A stretch of DNA of 50,243 nucleotides from Deltaproteobacteria bacterium (GTDB lineage Bacteria > Myxococcota > Myxococcia > Myxococcales > 40CM-4-68-19), in assembly GCA_043782525.1 (NCBI GenBank), contig JAYWAJ010000029.1, forward strand, positions 1 to 50,243. Reading direction: 5' to 3'. Made by a program: the position numbers and the translations under genes. The notes under the pieces are model-generated. The model worked only from the letters and a program-made list of their open reading frames with translations, was not told the DNA's origin and searched no databases. Shown one piece after another: positions 39,362 to 47,770 of this stretch; the stretch's first letter is position 1, and each line of letters opens with the position of its first letter.

Positions 39362-40710
39362 TGGCGTCGGCCACCATCACGCGCACGGGCAGGAGACGAG
39401 CTCGCGGCTCGGCGAATCCATTCCTGTTCATTGCGCTGCGCTGCGACCAGCCGCTCGAGCCGGGCGCCCGTTTTTGCATCGGTGATGCGCAGGTCGTCTC
39501 GATTGGTCGCGCGCAAGCGCTTGGCGCCGGCCGTGAAGGCATGGAGCTCCGAATCCGCATTCCGGATCCGCGGATGTCCTCGAGCCACCTGCGCATCGAA
39601 AGCGTGCTCGGCGGATGGATCGCGGAAGACCTCGGCTCGAAGAACGGAACGCTCATCGACGGACGACGCATTTTGCGCGAGTCGCTCTTTGACGGCGCGG
39701 TTCTGGAACTTGGGCACACCTTCCTGTTGTTTCGCTCGGCGCTTCCAGCGCGCGATGACAGCGGGGTGCTGGAGGGAAAGCAGTTGCAGGCCACGGCGCC
39801 GGGCCTCGCCACGCTTTCGCCGTCGTTCGCGGCAGAACTGGAGCGGCTGCGTGCGGTCGCCGTAGCGCGCGTGCCGGTGCTCCTGCGCGGCGAGTCCGGC
39901 GCAGGCAAAGAGGTGCTGGCTGCGGCCATCCATCGCCTGTCCGGGCGCAAGGGCGCTTTCCAGCCGGTCAACTGCGGCGCCATTCCGCCCAATCTCGTCG
40001 AGTCGCAGCTGTGCGGCCATCGCCGCGGCGCGTTTTCCGGCGCGGTCGAGGACCATCCCGGCCTGGTGCGCGGTGCGGACGGTGGCACGTTGTTCCTCGA
40101 CGAGATCGGCGACCTGCCCTTGCCCGCGCAGGCGGCGCTGTTGCGCGTCTTGCAGGAAGAAGAGGTGCTGGCGGTGGGCGCGGCACGGCCGGTCAAGATC
40201 GATCTCCGCGTCGTCTCGGCCACGCACCGCGATCTCGACGTGCTGGTCGCCGAGGGTCGCTTTCGCGCCGATCTGCTGGCGCGGCTTTCCGGATACGTCT
40301 GCGCGCTGCCGCCGCTGCGCGAGAGGCGCGAGGACTTCTCGCTCCTGGTGGCGCTGCTGCTGACGAAGCTGGGCGCTCCAGGCGCGACCTTCACTCCCGA
40401 GGCAGGACGCGCCCTGCTGCGATACGCTTGGCCGTTGAATGTGCGCGAGTTGGAGAAATGCCTGGCGAGTGCAGCCGCGCTGGCCGGCGACACGAAGATC
40501 GACCTGGAGCATCTTCCGTCCGGGTTGCGGAGCGCGCCCACCGCCGCGGCGTCCGCAAGGGACCTCCAGCAGCGCGATGAGCTGATCGCGCAGCTGCGCG
40601 AACATGGTGGCAACGTCACCGCGGTCGCGCGGGCCATGGGCAAGGCGCGCACCCAGGTGCAGCGCTGGCTGCGCCGCTTCGGCCTCGACCCGGGCTCGTT
40701 CCGCCGCTGA
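39361..40710 (+). CDS. Sigma-54-dependent transcriptional activator with N-terminal FHA domain (FHA, AAA+, Fis-type HTH)
   Basis: The ATG shares its A with the AKR stop (TGATG).
- FHA: SSSHLRIESVLGGWIAEDLGSKNGTLIDG.
- Walker A: GESGAGKE.
- Sigma-54 contact loop: GAFSGA.
- Walker B: TLFLDEIGD.
- C-terminal HTH: GNVTAVARAMGKARTQVQRWLRRFGL. Confidence 0.9.
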   Translation: MASATITRTGRRRARGSANPFLFIALRCDQPLEPGARFCIGDAQVVSIGRAQALGAGREGMELRIRIPDPRMSSSHLRIESVLGGWIAEDLGSKNGTLIDGRRILRESLFDGAVLELGHTFLLFRSALPARDDSGVLEGKQLQATAPGLATLSPSFAAELERLRAVAVARVPVLLRGESGAGKEVLAAAIHRLSGRKGAFQPVNCGAIPPNLVESQLCGHRRGAFSGAVEDHPGLVRGADGGTLFLDEIGDLPLPAQAALLRVLQEEEVLAVGAARPVKIDLRVVSATHRDLDVLVAEGRFRADLLARLSGYVCALPPLRERREDFSLLVALLLTKLGAPGATFTPEAGRALLRYAWPLNVRELEKCLASAAALAGDTKIDLEHLPSGLRSAPTAAASARDLQQRDELIAQLREHGGNVTAVARAMGKARTQVQRWLRRFGLDPGSFRR

Positions 40711-40719
40711 GCGCTGCAT

Positions 40720-40739
40720 CCCCGTGGCATGCCACGGGG
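40720..40739. promoter_or_regulatory. Perfect 20-bp palindrome CCCCGTGGCATGCCACGGGG (candidate activator-binding site or terminator hairpin)
   Basis: I checked base by base that it is self-complementary. It starts 10 nt after the activator stop codon and ends 51 nt upstream of the -24 element of the sigma-54 promoter. No U-tract follows it. Confidence 0.4.
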
Positions 40740-40789
40740 CGCCTCTACTCCGAACATGCGGCCAGCGGGCGATCCAGGGCGATCTGCGC

Positions 40790-40805
40790 TGGCACGGCGC
40801 CTGCT
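40790..40805 (+). promoter_or_regulatory. Sigma-54 (-24/-12) promoter
   Basis: TGGCACGGCGCCTGCT matches the consensus TGGCACG-N4-TTGC, with correct GG-N10-GC spacing and one mismatch (C for T). The -12 GC lies about 30 nt upstream of the ATG at 40835. Confidence 0.6.
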
Positions 40806-40834
40806 CCTCCCTCCCGACAAAGGAGGTAGTGCCC

Positions 40835-40996
40835 ATGCAGAAGATCCGCGAATTCGCATTCCCAGTCGCCTTGATCGCCGCCTGGATGGTGGCGGCCGCC
40901 TACACGCTCTCGCTGATGATCGGAGTCCCCGACCGCAGCGCGCCCGCGCCCCGGTCGCCGCCCGCCGCCGAAGCCGCGGCAATGCCCGCCTCGTAG
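40835..40996 (+). CDS. 53-aa single-TM miniprotein (paralogue of 47771..47932)
   Basis: AGGAGG lies 8 nt upstream of the ATG. The sequence is MQKIREFAFPVALIAAWMVAAAYTLSLMIGVPDRSAPAPRSPPAAEAAAMPAS. It is the in-frame tail of ORF 40604..40996. It has the same length and motif set as the second copy. Confidence 0.55.
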   Translation: MQKIREFAFPVALIAAWMVAAAYTLSLMIGVPDRSAPAPRSPPAAEAAAMPAS

Positions 40997-41030
40997 TTCA
41001 ACCTCACTCGTCTTGCCCGAGGAGATTGCC

Positions 41031-41369
41031 ATGCAGAAAAACTGGAAACTGATCGCCGTTCCCGTCCTCTTCGCGGTCGCCTGCGGAGGCACCATCCAGC
41101 GCGAGACCGCTCCCGCCAACGACACGGCCGGGAGCGTCGAGTGCTCGCTCGCACTCGCGCAGCACAGCAACGCGGCCGCTCTCCAGCAAGCGGTGCAGGA
41201 CGTGGTGGATGGCTCGCTCGATCCCTGCGCAGGCTCCCTTCCCCAGCGCGAGCTCTATGGGGCGTCGCTTGCGCGTATCGACGAGGACGGCGGCATGGAT
41301 CGATTCCTCGTGCTCGTCTTCAGGATGCGCCTTCTGCATCCCCTGCAACCGTCGCCCCTGCGCCCCTGA
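41031..41369 (+). CDS. Small putative lipoprotein (112 aa), function unknown
   Basis: GAGGAG lies upstream of the ATG at 41031. MQKNWKLIAVPVLFAVACGG is a lipobox-like signal. I recognise no family. Confidence 0.5.
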   Translation: MQKNWKLIAVPVLFAVACGGTIQRETAPANDTAGSVECSLALAQHSNAAALQQAVQDVVDGSLDPCAGSLPQRELYGASLARIDEDGGMDRFLVLVFRMRLLHPLQPSPLRP

Positions 41370-41390
41370 ATCGACGCAGCGTACTGCGGG

Positions 41391-41416
41391 GGACGCAGCC
41401 ACGACGGGCTGCGTCC
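41391..41416 (+). terminator. Strong hairpin (10-bp perfect stem, 6-nt loop) between the lipoprotein gene and the kinase gene
   Basis: GGACGCAGCC-acgacg-GGCTGCGTCC, preceded by a second small hairpin, CGCAG-cgta-CTGCG (41375-41388). There is no U-tract. It could be a terminator, an attenuator or a processing/stability element. Confidence 0.35.
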
Positions 41417-41527
41417 GTCCGCGCGCTCTGGATTCGCTCGCGCTCGCATCGGCGGCCGCCCTCTCGCATTGCGGCAAGCCGGTTTGCTTTCGAGCGATGG
41501 AAGGGCGAAGCTGTCGATGGAGAAGCG

Positions 41528-43927
41528 ATGGTCACGCCGGTACCGACCTTGCTCGACCGGTCCGCTGCACCCTCGGACGACCAGCCGACGCTGCTGTCCG
41601 CGCCCCTCGTCTATGCCGGCCGGTACCAGATCGAGATCGAGCTCGGCCGCGGCGGTATGGGCCGCGTCCTGCGGGCGCGGGATCTCAAAATCGGGCGCCT
41701 CGTCGCAGTCAAGGTGCTGGCCAGAGCCGTCCACGACGAGCAGCATCGGCTGCGCTTCGAGCAGGAAGCGCGCGCTGCCGGCGCGCTCAACCACCCCAAC
41801 ATCGTCGCGGTGCACGACATCGCCGAGCACGAGGGCGAGCCGTTCATCGTCAGCGAGCTGCTCGAGGGCGAGACTCTGCGCACAATGCTCTCCCGCGGGC
41901 CGCTCGCGCCCCCCGTGGCGCTGGCGCTGGCCCCGCAGCTCGCGGAGGGCCTCGCCGCCGCACACGCGAAGGGCATCGTCCACCGCGACATCAAGCCGGA
42001 GAACCTCTTCGTCACCCACGAGGGACGGCTGAAGATCCTCGATTTCGGCATCGCCAAGCTGGCCGAGAAGCAGGGCGTGCAAACCGACACGGGCGCGACG
42101 ATGGGCACCCCGGGGTACATGTCGCCGGAGCAGGTGCGCGGCCAGCCCGCCGACGCGCGCTCCGACGTGTTTGCCTTCGGGGCGGTGCTGCACGAGATGC
42201 TGACGGGCCAGGGCCCTTTCAACCGCGAGACCAGCGCGGAGACGGGCTACGCCATCCTCCACGATCCTCCTCCGTCGTTGCCTGCGTCCACACCGCCGCC
42301 GTTGGCGCGGCTGGTCGGGCGATGCCTGCAAAAGGATCCGGCGGCACGGTATGCGAATGCGGGCGAGATCCTGCATGAGCTGGCAGGCAAGCGGGCACGC
42401 TTCGAGTTGCACGCACCCCTGCGGCGGCGATGGGCGCTGCCGCTGGCGGTCAGCGTTGCCGTCGTCGCCACGGCGATTGCGCTGTCGCGGTTCGTGCCGC
42501 GGGGTGGGCAGGCGCGCATCGAGTCGCTGGCGGTCCTGCCGCTCGAGAATCGCTCCGGCGAGGCGCAGCAGGAATATCTCGCCGACGGCATGACCGACGC
42601 GCTCATCGACGAGCTCTCGCGCATCCGCTCGCTGCGGGTGGTCTCACGCACCTCGGCGATGGTCTACAAGGGCGCCCGCAAATCGCTGCCGCAGATCGCG
42701 AGGGAGCTCTCGGTCGACGCGGTGATCGAAGGCTCGGTGGCCAGTGCGGGCGGGCGCATCCGGCTCGCCGCGCGCCTGGTCCGGGCCGCGGGCGAACGCA
42801 TGCTCTGGTCGAACACCTACGACGCGCCCATCCGCGACGTGCTCGCGGTCCAGAGCGAGATGGCGAGCGCGGTGACGCGCGAGCTGAACGCTGCGCTCAC
42901 GCCGGAAGAATCGGGCCGCCTCGCGCAGAAGCGAACGGTCGATCCCGCTGCCTGGGAGCAGTTCCTGCAGGCGCGTTACGAGTTTGGCGCGCACCAGACC
43001 TGTGACGGGTACGAGCGCACGAGGGCGCTGCTCGAGCGCGCGATCGCCGCGGATCCCGGCTTTGCCGAGGCGCACGCGCAGCTCGCCTACGTCTGGGGGA
43101 CCTCGTCCTGGATGACGTGCGTGGATCCGAAGATCGCGGCCCCGAAAGCGAGGTCGGAGGCGCAGCGTGCTCTCGAGCTCGACGCTTCCAGCGCGAAGGC
43201 CCACTCGGCGCTGAGCCAGATTGCGCAGGTCTTCGACGGCGATCCCGGTCGTGCGGAGAAGGAGGCGCGGCGCGCGGTCGAGCTGGCACCCAGCGGCAAC
43301 GCCGACTGGTGTTCGCTGGCGGGCTTCCTGGTGGTCGGCGGGCGGTTCGAGGAGGGGGCGGCAGCGGCCCGGCGCGGCGCGGCTCTCGATCCGCTGGAGG
43401 CCGGGGCCCACACCATGTGCCTCGGCTGGGCGCTCTACGCCGCCGGCCACTACGAGGAAGCCATCGCGGCCCATCGCCGCGCGCTCGAGCTCGACCCGAA
43501 ATTCCTTTATGCACACCTGGAGATCGGCTGGAACCTGGTCGAGCTGGGCCGGGTCGGCGAGGCGCTGGAGCCGGTCGAGAAGGCTCGCACACTGCTCGAG
43601 CCGGGAAAGAGCTGCCTCGACGACACCATGGTCGCCGGCATGCTCGCCGCCGTGGGCAAGCGCCAGGAGGCGCTGGTCCTGCTCCTCCCTTGGGAAGCGC
43701 GGGCGGAGAAGGAATACGTGGACGGGTATCAGCTCGCCTACGCGCGCGCCCAGCTCGGCGACAAGGATGCGGCCGTCCGCTGGATGGAGATGGCCTGGCG
43801 CCAGCATTCGCCCTCCTTCGTCGCCTTCCAGCACAACCCGTACGACCTGGACAAGAAGGCGTGGCTCGCGCCGCTCAAGGGCGACCCGCGCATCGCCGAG
43901 CTGATCAAGCGGCCGCGGGCCCCCTGA
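41528..43927 (+). CDS. Transmembrane Ser/Thr protein kinase with periplasmic TolB-N-like domain and TPR repeats
   Basis: Part of ORF 41141..43927; the ATG at 41528 follows GGAG. Hanks kinase motifs are GRGGMGRV, AVKVL, HRDIKPENL, DFGIAK and GTPGYMSPE. The TM helix is WALPLAVSVAVVATAIAL. Then LAVLPLENRSGEAQQEYLADGMTDALIDELS and TPR-like helices follow. Confidence 0.9.
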   Translation: MVTPVPTLLDRSAAPSDDQPTLLSAPLVYAGRYQIEIELGRGGMGRVLRARDLKIGRLVAVKVLARAVHDEQHRLRFEQEARAAGALNHPNIVAVHDIAEHEGEPFIVSELLEGETLRTMLSRGPLAPPVALALAPQLAEGLAAAHAKGIVHRDIKPENLFVTHEGRLKILDFGIAKLAEKQGVQTDTGATMGTPGYMSPEQVRGQPADARSDVFAFGAVLHEMLTGQGPFNRETSAETGYAILHDPPPSLPASTPPPLARLVGRCLQKDPAARYANAGEILHELAGKRARFELHAPLRRRWALPLAVSVAVVATAIALSRFVPRGGQARIESLAVLPLENRSGEAQQEYLADGMTDALIDELSRIRSLRVVSRTSAMVYKGARKSLPQIARELSVDAVIEGSVASAGGRIRLAARLVRAAGERMLWSNTYDAPIRDVLAVQSEMASAVTRELNAALTPEESGRLAQKRTVDPAAWEQFLQARYEFGAHQTCDGYERTRALLERAIAADPGFAEAHAQLAYVWGTSSWMTCVDPKIAAPKARSEAQRALELDASSAKAHSALSQIAQVFDGDPGRAEKEARRAVELAPSGNADWCSLAGFLVVGGRFEEGAAAARRGAALDPLEAGAHTMCLGWALYAAGHYEEAIAAHRRALELDPKFLYAHLEIGWNLVELGRVGEALEPVEKARTLLEPGKSCLDDTMVAGMLAAVGKRQEALVLLLPWEARAEKEYVDGYQLAYARAQLGDKDAAVRWMEMAWRQHSPSFVAFQHNPYDLDKKAWLAPLKGDPRIAELIKRPRAP

Positions 43928-44773
43928 TCATTCCAGCGCGTAGGAGTGGTGGTTCTGCACCTCGCGCCACCTGGCTCCCTCTTTCGCGAAGACGAACATG
44001 AAGCGCAGGGGGCCCATGGTCCGCTTGCCATTTTTGATCCAGACGACGTTTGCGGCGGCCCAGGCGGTGAGTCCGCCGGGACCGAGTCCCGCGCGCAACC
44101 CGTCCCGCGGCCGGGGACCGTCGTCGTTCGCAGCGGGCACGGGCCTCACCAACGAGCCGGTCAGGTAACCGGGATCGGTGCCGATGATGACGAAGTCCGG
44201 AGGAGTCGCGGCAGCCAGCATGCGATCGAGGAAGACGACTTTGCGGAAGAGCGCGCCGACGTCTTCCGCCCCGGGCGCGATGCCGTCTCCTACCGGCGCC
44301 AGGTCGGGCAGCGTTCCCTCCTCGTCCCGCTTGTCGACGTCCTGGCCATGGGCGAACGAGGTGTGCTGGGCGAGGATCAGCCACCTGCCGTCCAGTTCTC
44401 CGGCGAGGCCGGTGTGGCGGACGGGCCTGCCTCCCCGCGTGTAGAACTCCCAGAACCAGGCGGAGCGGCCGTCGGGCGCGACGAAGACGCGACGCTCCAG
44501 ATCCTGCGCCGTGAACTTGCCGGGAGGCGCGGAGCCCGCGAGCGCCTTGCGGCTGGTGAACACGTCGCGCGGGGCGATGCCCCAGCTGAACGCGTCGGGC
44601 GCGACCGCGGACGCGTCGATGACGCTGCGCTCGAGCGCGGCCAGGGAATCGTGGAGGATCTTTTCGACGCTCGCTTTGGCGAGCGCCGGATCGGGCGATG
44701 GCTGCGGATCTGGCGGGCGCGCTGCTGCAGCGGCGCAACCGGCCGCGAGGAGGGCGACGGCGCAACCACGCAT
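43928..44773 (-). CDS. Lipoprotein with two NTF2/SnoaL-like domains
   Basis: Lipobox is LLAAGC. Two segments end in the NTF2-like pattern: DGRWLILAQHTSFA and GARWREVQNHHSYAL. The assignment is pattern-level only. Confidence 0.6.
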   Translation of the reverse strand: MRGCAVALLAAGCAAAAARPPDPQPSPDPALAKASVEKILHDSLAALERSVIDASAVAPDAFSWGIAPRDVFTSRKALAGSAPPGKFTAQDLERRVFVAPDGRSAWFWEFYTRGGRPVRHTGLAGELDGRWLILAQHTSFAHGQDVDKRDEEGTLPDLAPVGDGIAPGAEDVGALFRKVVFLDRMLAAATPPDFVIIGTDPGYLTGSLVRPVPAANDDGPRPRDGLRAGLGPGGLTAWAAANVVWIKNGKRTMGPLRFMFVFAKEGARWREVQNHHSYALE

Positions 44774-44818
44774 GGAGTGACCCCCTTGGCTTCGCCGCTC
44801 TGGCTGAAGCAGGCGGCT

Positions 44819-47662
44819 TCAGAATCGGTGCATGACCCGTGCGTACAGGTACCGGCCGATGAAGTCGTAAGTCTGCGGGTCGGACGTCGGCCAGAAGGAC
44901 GAGTAGATGAGAGGCGGCGGCGTATTGAAGACGTTGTTCACGCCCGCGGCGAAGGTCGTCTTTCCGAGGCTGTTGCCGAATCCGTAGCTCGCATACAGGT
45001 CCCAGCTGTTGTAGGCGTGGACGCGCCGGTGCCAGGTCGCGTCGACGGAGCAGTCCTGCCCGGGGAAGATGCCGTCGTCCCCGCATTCCCTGAAGCCGCC
45101 CAGGTAGCGCGTGTTGACCGCGACGTTCAGGCCCGAGAGCGCCCAGGTCGCGCCGGCAACGAACTTGAGCGCGGGGTTGACGCCCCAGTCATAGGTGCCC
45201 CGGCCGTGGAGGATGGTTCCATCGGCCCGGGTCACATCGAACCTGTGCAGCCAGGTGGCGTCGAAGCGCAGTCCGAACCGGCCTACCCTGCTTGGAATCG
45301 CGTACCGAACCGCGAGATCGATGCCGTCGTTCTTGATCGCCCCGATGTTGGCGGCGAAGTCGCGGATGCTGGTGATGAGATGGGTTTGCGGATCGCGCGT
45401 GATCAAGTCGCACAATCTGGGCGCGACGCCCGCTTGCGTTGGGAAGCACCCGCCGAGAATGACGTACGCTCCGGTCTGGTCGATCGCGTTGGGCAGGACG
45501 ATGTTGTAGTAATCCGCGGTCACGCTGAGGTTCTTGACGAAGGTGGGCTCGAAGACGATCCCCGCGGTGAGGATGTTTGCCGTCTCGGGCTTGAGGTCAC
45601 GATTCCCGCCGGTCGTGTATTGAAAGGCGGTGTCGAAATCGCGGTTGTTGACCGCGGATCCGCAGGCCTTGCCCAGCGGAGAATTGGGATCGATGCCGGG
45701 TCCGCTGCACGGGTCCTGGACGGTCTGCTCACTCGTGCGCTGGGGAGAGAACAGCTCCTGAAGCGCGGGCGCGCGAAACGCCGTCGAATACGTACCGCGC
45801 ACGGTGACGTCGCGAACGATGCTCCAGCGCGCCCCTACTTTGTAGGTCGTACCGCCGCCCACCGTGCTGTAACGGAAGACGCGGCCGGCGGCCATCGCCT
45901 CCACCGCCTCGGCGAAGGGCAGGCCGCTCACGATGGGGATCGAGAGCTCCGCGTAGCCCTCGTTGACGTGATAGCCCGCGCTGACAGGGTCGAAGTCCCT
46001 CGCCAGAATCAGGTCGGGGATGAACGATCCGTAAAGGCGGCGGTACTCGTATCCGGCGCCGAGCGCGACAGGCCTGTCCGCGGCGAGCCTGAAGAGCTCG
46101 CCGCTGGTGTTGATCTGGATCGTCGTCGTCTGGTCGATCCCGCGCTCGACGCCGGTGTACGTGATGTAGGCCGCCTGGGCAGGCGTGATGCTCCCGGCGC
46201 CGTGGAAGAGGTCGAGCGGCACGCATCCCGCGATGTCGTGCGCGGCGTCGGTCCCGCAGTGCGGGTTCCCTGCCGAATCGAGCCAGCTCGGGCCGACGGC
46301 CGCTTGCAGGCGCAGGGAGTTGTGCTGGCCATCGATCCCCCAGGGCAGGGTACTGCGCCCGAAGCTGAGGGACGCATCCCAGAACCACTCGCCAAAGGGC
46401 ATCGTGCCGTCCACTCCGACAACTCCCCGGAAGACGTTGGCGTCCTCGAAGTAGTGCCGATTTCCGGTTTCGACCATGCGGCGCCACATCTGCTGGACGT
46501 CGACGCCGAACGGGTTGTACCGATTGCTCGCGGAGACGGTGACCGCATCGTCATCGGTTCTGAGGGGTTCCGGCGCGAACTGCTGTTTCGACTCGCGGAT
46601 CACAAACGAGGCTTCGTAGTAGGCGCGGGCGCGGCTCCCGAGGGTCAGGTCGCCAATCGAGAACAGCGAGAGAGCCTGGTGGGGCGTCAGGTCGTAGTTG
46701 TACGGTTGAAAGTTGTATGTGTCTTTCGTTCTCTCGAACGGCCGCCATCCCAAAGCAGAGGAGGGATCGCGGATGAACGAATTGGTGTCCGGGAAGGTCA
46801 CGACCAGCTTGTTGTAGAGATCGATCCGGCCATCCTGGGCCGGGTTGGAAAGGGGCATCCCCATCGCCGCGGGAGCAATCCAGAGGTGGCCCTCGGGAAC
46901 GGTGCCGCTGCCCCCTCTGGTCACCGTCCCTGTCGCCGCGTCGAGCCGAAGGGAGGCGGCGCTGAACACCCGATCGCCCGCCCAGACCGGCTCCTGCCGC
47001 TCGAAGGTCGCCGAGAAGAGGACGTTCCCGCGCTCGCCGCCGCGCCCGGTCGTCGCGCTGAAGCTGTAGGTCTGCCCGTCGCCGTGCGGGGAGATCGCGC
47101 CGAAAGCCCGCAGCTCGGTCCCCTCGAAGCGCCTGCGCGTGATGATGTTGACGACCCCGCCCATCGAATCGGAGCCGTAGACGGCCGAGGCGCCGTCCTT
47201 GAGCACCTCGATCCGCTCGACGGCGACCGCGGGGATGGAGTTCACGTCGACGTACTGGTCGGCGCCCGGCCCCGAGGCAGCGAGCCGGCGGCCATTGACC
47301 AGCACCAGCGTGCGGTTCTCACCGAGACTGCGCAGGTTGATGCGGGTGGTTCCGAACCCGCCGGTGATTGCGTTTCCCGGCGCGTTGTTGACCTGCGTGT
47401 TCGCCCCATTGCCCTGCTCCGGCATGAGCTGCAGAAAATCGCCCACCGTCAGCCTGCCGCTCTCCGCGATCTGTTGCTGCGTGAAGACCGCGACGGGCGC
47501 GGGCGTGGTCAGGTCCTTCCGGCGGATGCGGGAGCCGGTGACGACGATCTCCTCCTCCGCGGCGCGCCTCTCCTTCTCTTCCTCGACAACCTCCTGCGCC
47601 GGCGCAGCCCCCGCTACCAAGATGAGAAACTCGAAGGTGGCCGCCAACCCCGATGAGGTCAT
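44819..47662 (-). CDS. TonB-dependent outer-membrane receptor
   Basis: 947-aa ORF with GGAGG upstream. The plug domain reads IVVTGSRI..VAVFTQQQI..RINLRSLGENRTLVLVNGRR..IERIEVLKDGASAVYGSDSMGGVVNIITR. The C-terminus ends in an aromatic residue (YARVMHRF). Confidence 0.9.
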   Translation of the reverse strand: MTSSGLAATFEFLILVAGAAPAQEVVEEEKERRAAEEEIVVTGSRIRRKDLTTPAPVAVFTQQQIAESGRLTVGDFLQLMPEQGNGANTQVNNAPGNAITGGFGTTRINLRSLGENRTLVLVNGRRLAASGPGADQYVDVNSIPAVAVERIEVLKDGASAVYGSDSMGGVVNIITRRRFEGTELRAFGAISPHGDGQTYSFSATTGRGGERGNVLFSATFERQEPVWAGDRVFSAASLRLDAATGTVTRGGSGTVPEGHLWIAPAAMGMPLSNPAQDGRIDLYNKLVVTFPDTNSFIRDPSSALGWRPFERTKDTYNFQPYNYDLTPHQALSLFSIGDLTLGSRARAYYEASFVIRESKQQFAPEPLRTDDDAVTVSASNRYNPFGVDVQQMWRRMVETGNRHYFEDANVFRGVVGVDGTMPFGEWFWDASLSFGRSTLPWGIDGQHNSLRLQAAVGPSWLDSAGNPHCGTDAAHDIAGCVPLDLFHGAGSITPAQAAYITYTGVERGIDQTTTIQINTSGELFRLAADRPVALGAGYEYRRLYGSFIPDLILARDFDPVSAGYHVNEGYAELSIPIVSGLPFAEAVEAMAAGRVFRYSTVGGGTTYKVGARWSIVRDVTVRGTYSTAFRAPALQELFSPQRTSEQTVQDPCSGPGIDPNSPLGKACGSAVNNRDFDTAFQYTTGGNRDLKPETANILTAGIVFEPTFVKNLSVTADYYNIVLPNAIDQTGAYVILGGCFPTQAGVAPRLCDLITRDPQTHLITSIRDFAANIGAIKNDGIDLAVRYAIPSRVGRFGLRFDATWLHRFDVTRADGTILHGRGTYDWGVNPALKFVAGATWALSGLNVAVNTRYLGGFRECGDDGIFPGQDCSVDATWHRRVHAYNSWDLYASYGFGNSLGKTTFAAGVNNVFNTPPPLIYSSFWPTSDPQTYDFIGRYLYARVMHRF

Positions 47663-47684
47663 AACGAGCCTCCAGAGTATCGCC

Positions 47685-47736
47685 CGTTCGAACGAAGTAG
47701 AGCGCCGCGCAGATTCGCTTTACAAGAGGTGTAAAG
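47685..47736. promoter_or_regulatory. Two perfect dyads in the AT-richer leader of the TonB-dependent receptor gene
   Basis: CGTTCGAACG (47685-47694) and CTTTACA-agagg-TGTAAAG (47718-47736) lie 23-74 nt upstream of the receptor ATG on the minus strand. They look like operators, but no regulator is assigned. Confidence 0.25.
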
Positions 47737-47770
47737 AAACAGGCGCGGCGTCGAACGGCGGCACCGGACG

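Noticed and set aside
44804-44822. Hairpin CTGAAGC-aggcg-GCTTCAG overlapping the TonB-receptor stop codon.
   Set aside because: The stem is only 7 bp, there is no U-tract, and the downstream lipoprotein gene starts 45 nt later on the same strand. It more likely sits within an operon, so it is not called as a terminator.
43946-47656. 1236-aa plus-strand ORF spanning the TonB-receptor region.
   Set aside because: It is antisense to a receptor with an unmistakable plug domain and a C-terminal aromatic residue. The translation is Arg/Gly/Asp-rich without motifs, so it is a shadow ORF. The same reasoning applies to 34462..37335 (antisense to actB), 14032..16233, 23885..25474 and 18632..20146.
47663-47770. 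Possible cobalamin or other riboswitch in front of the TonB-dependent receptor.
   Set aside because: The leader is only 108 nt, and I could not see a B12-box-like core. It is too short for a cobalamin riboswitch aptamer plus expression platform.
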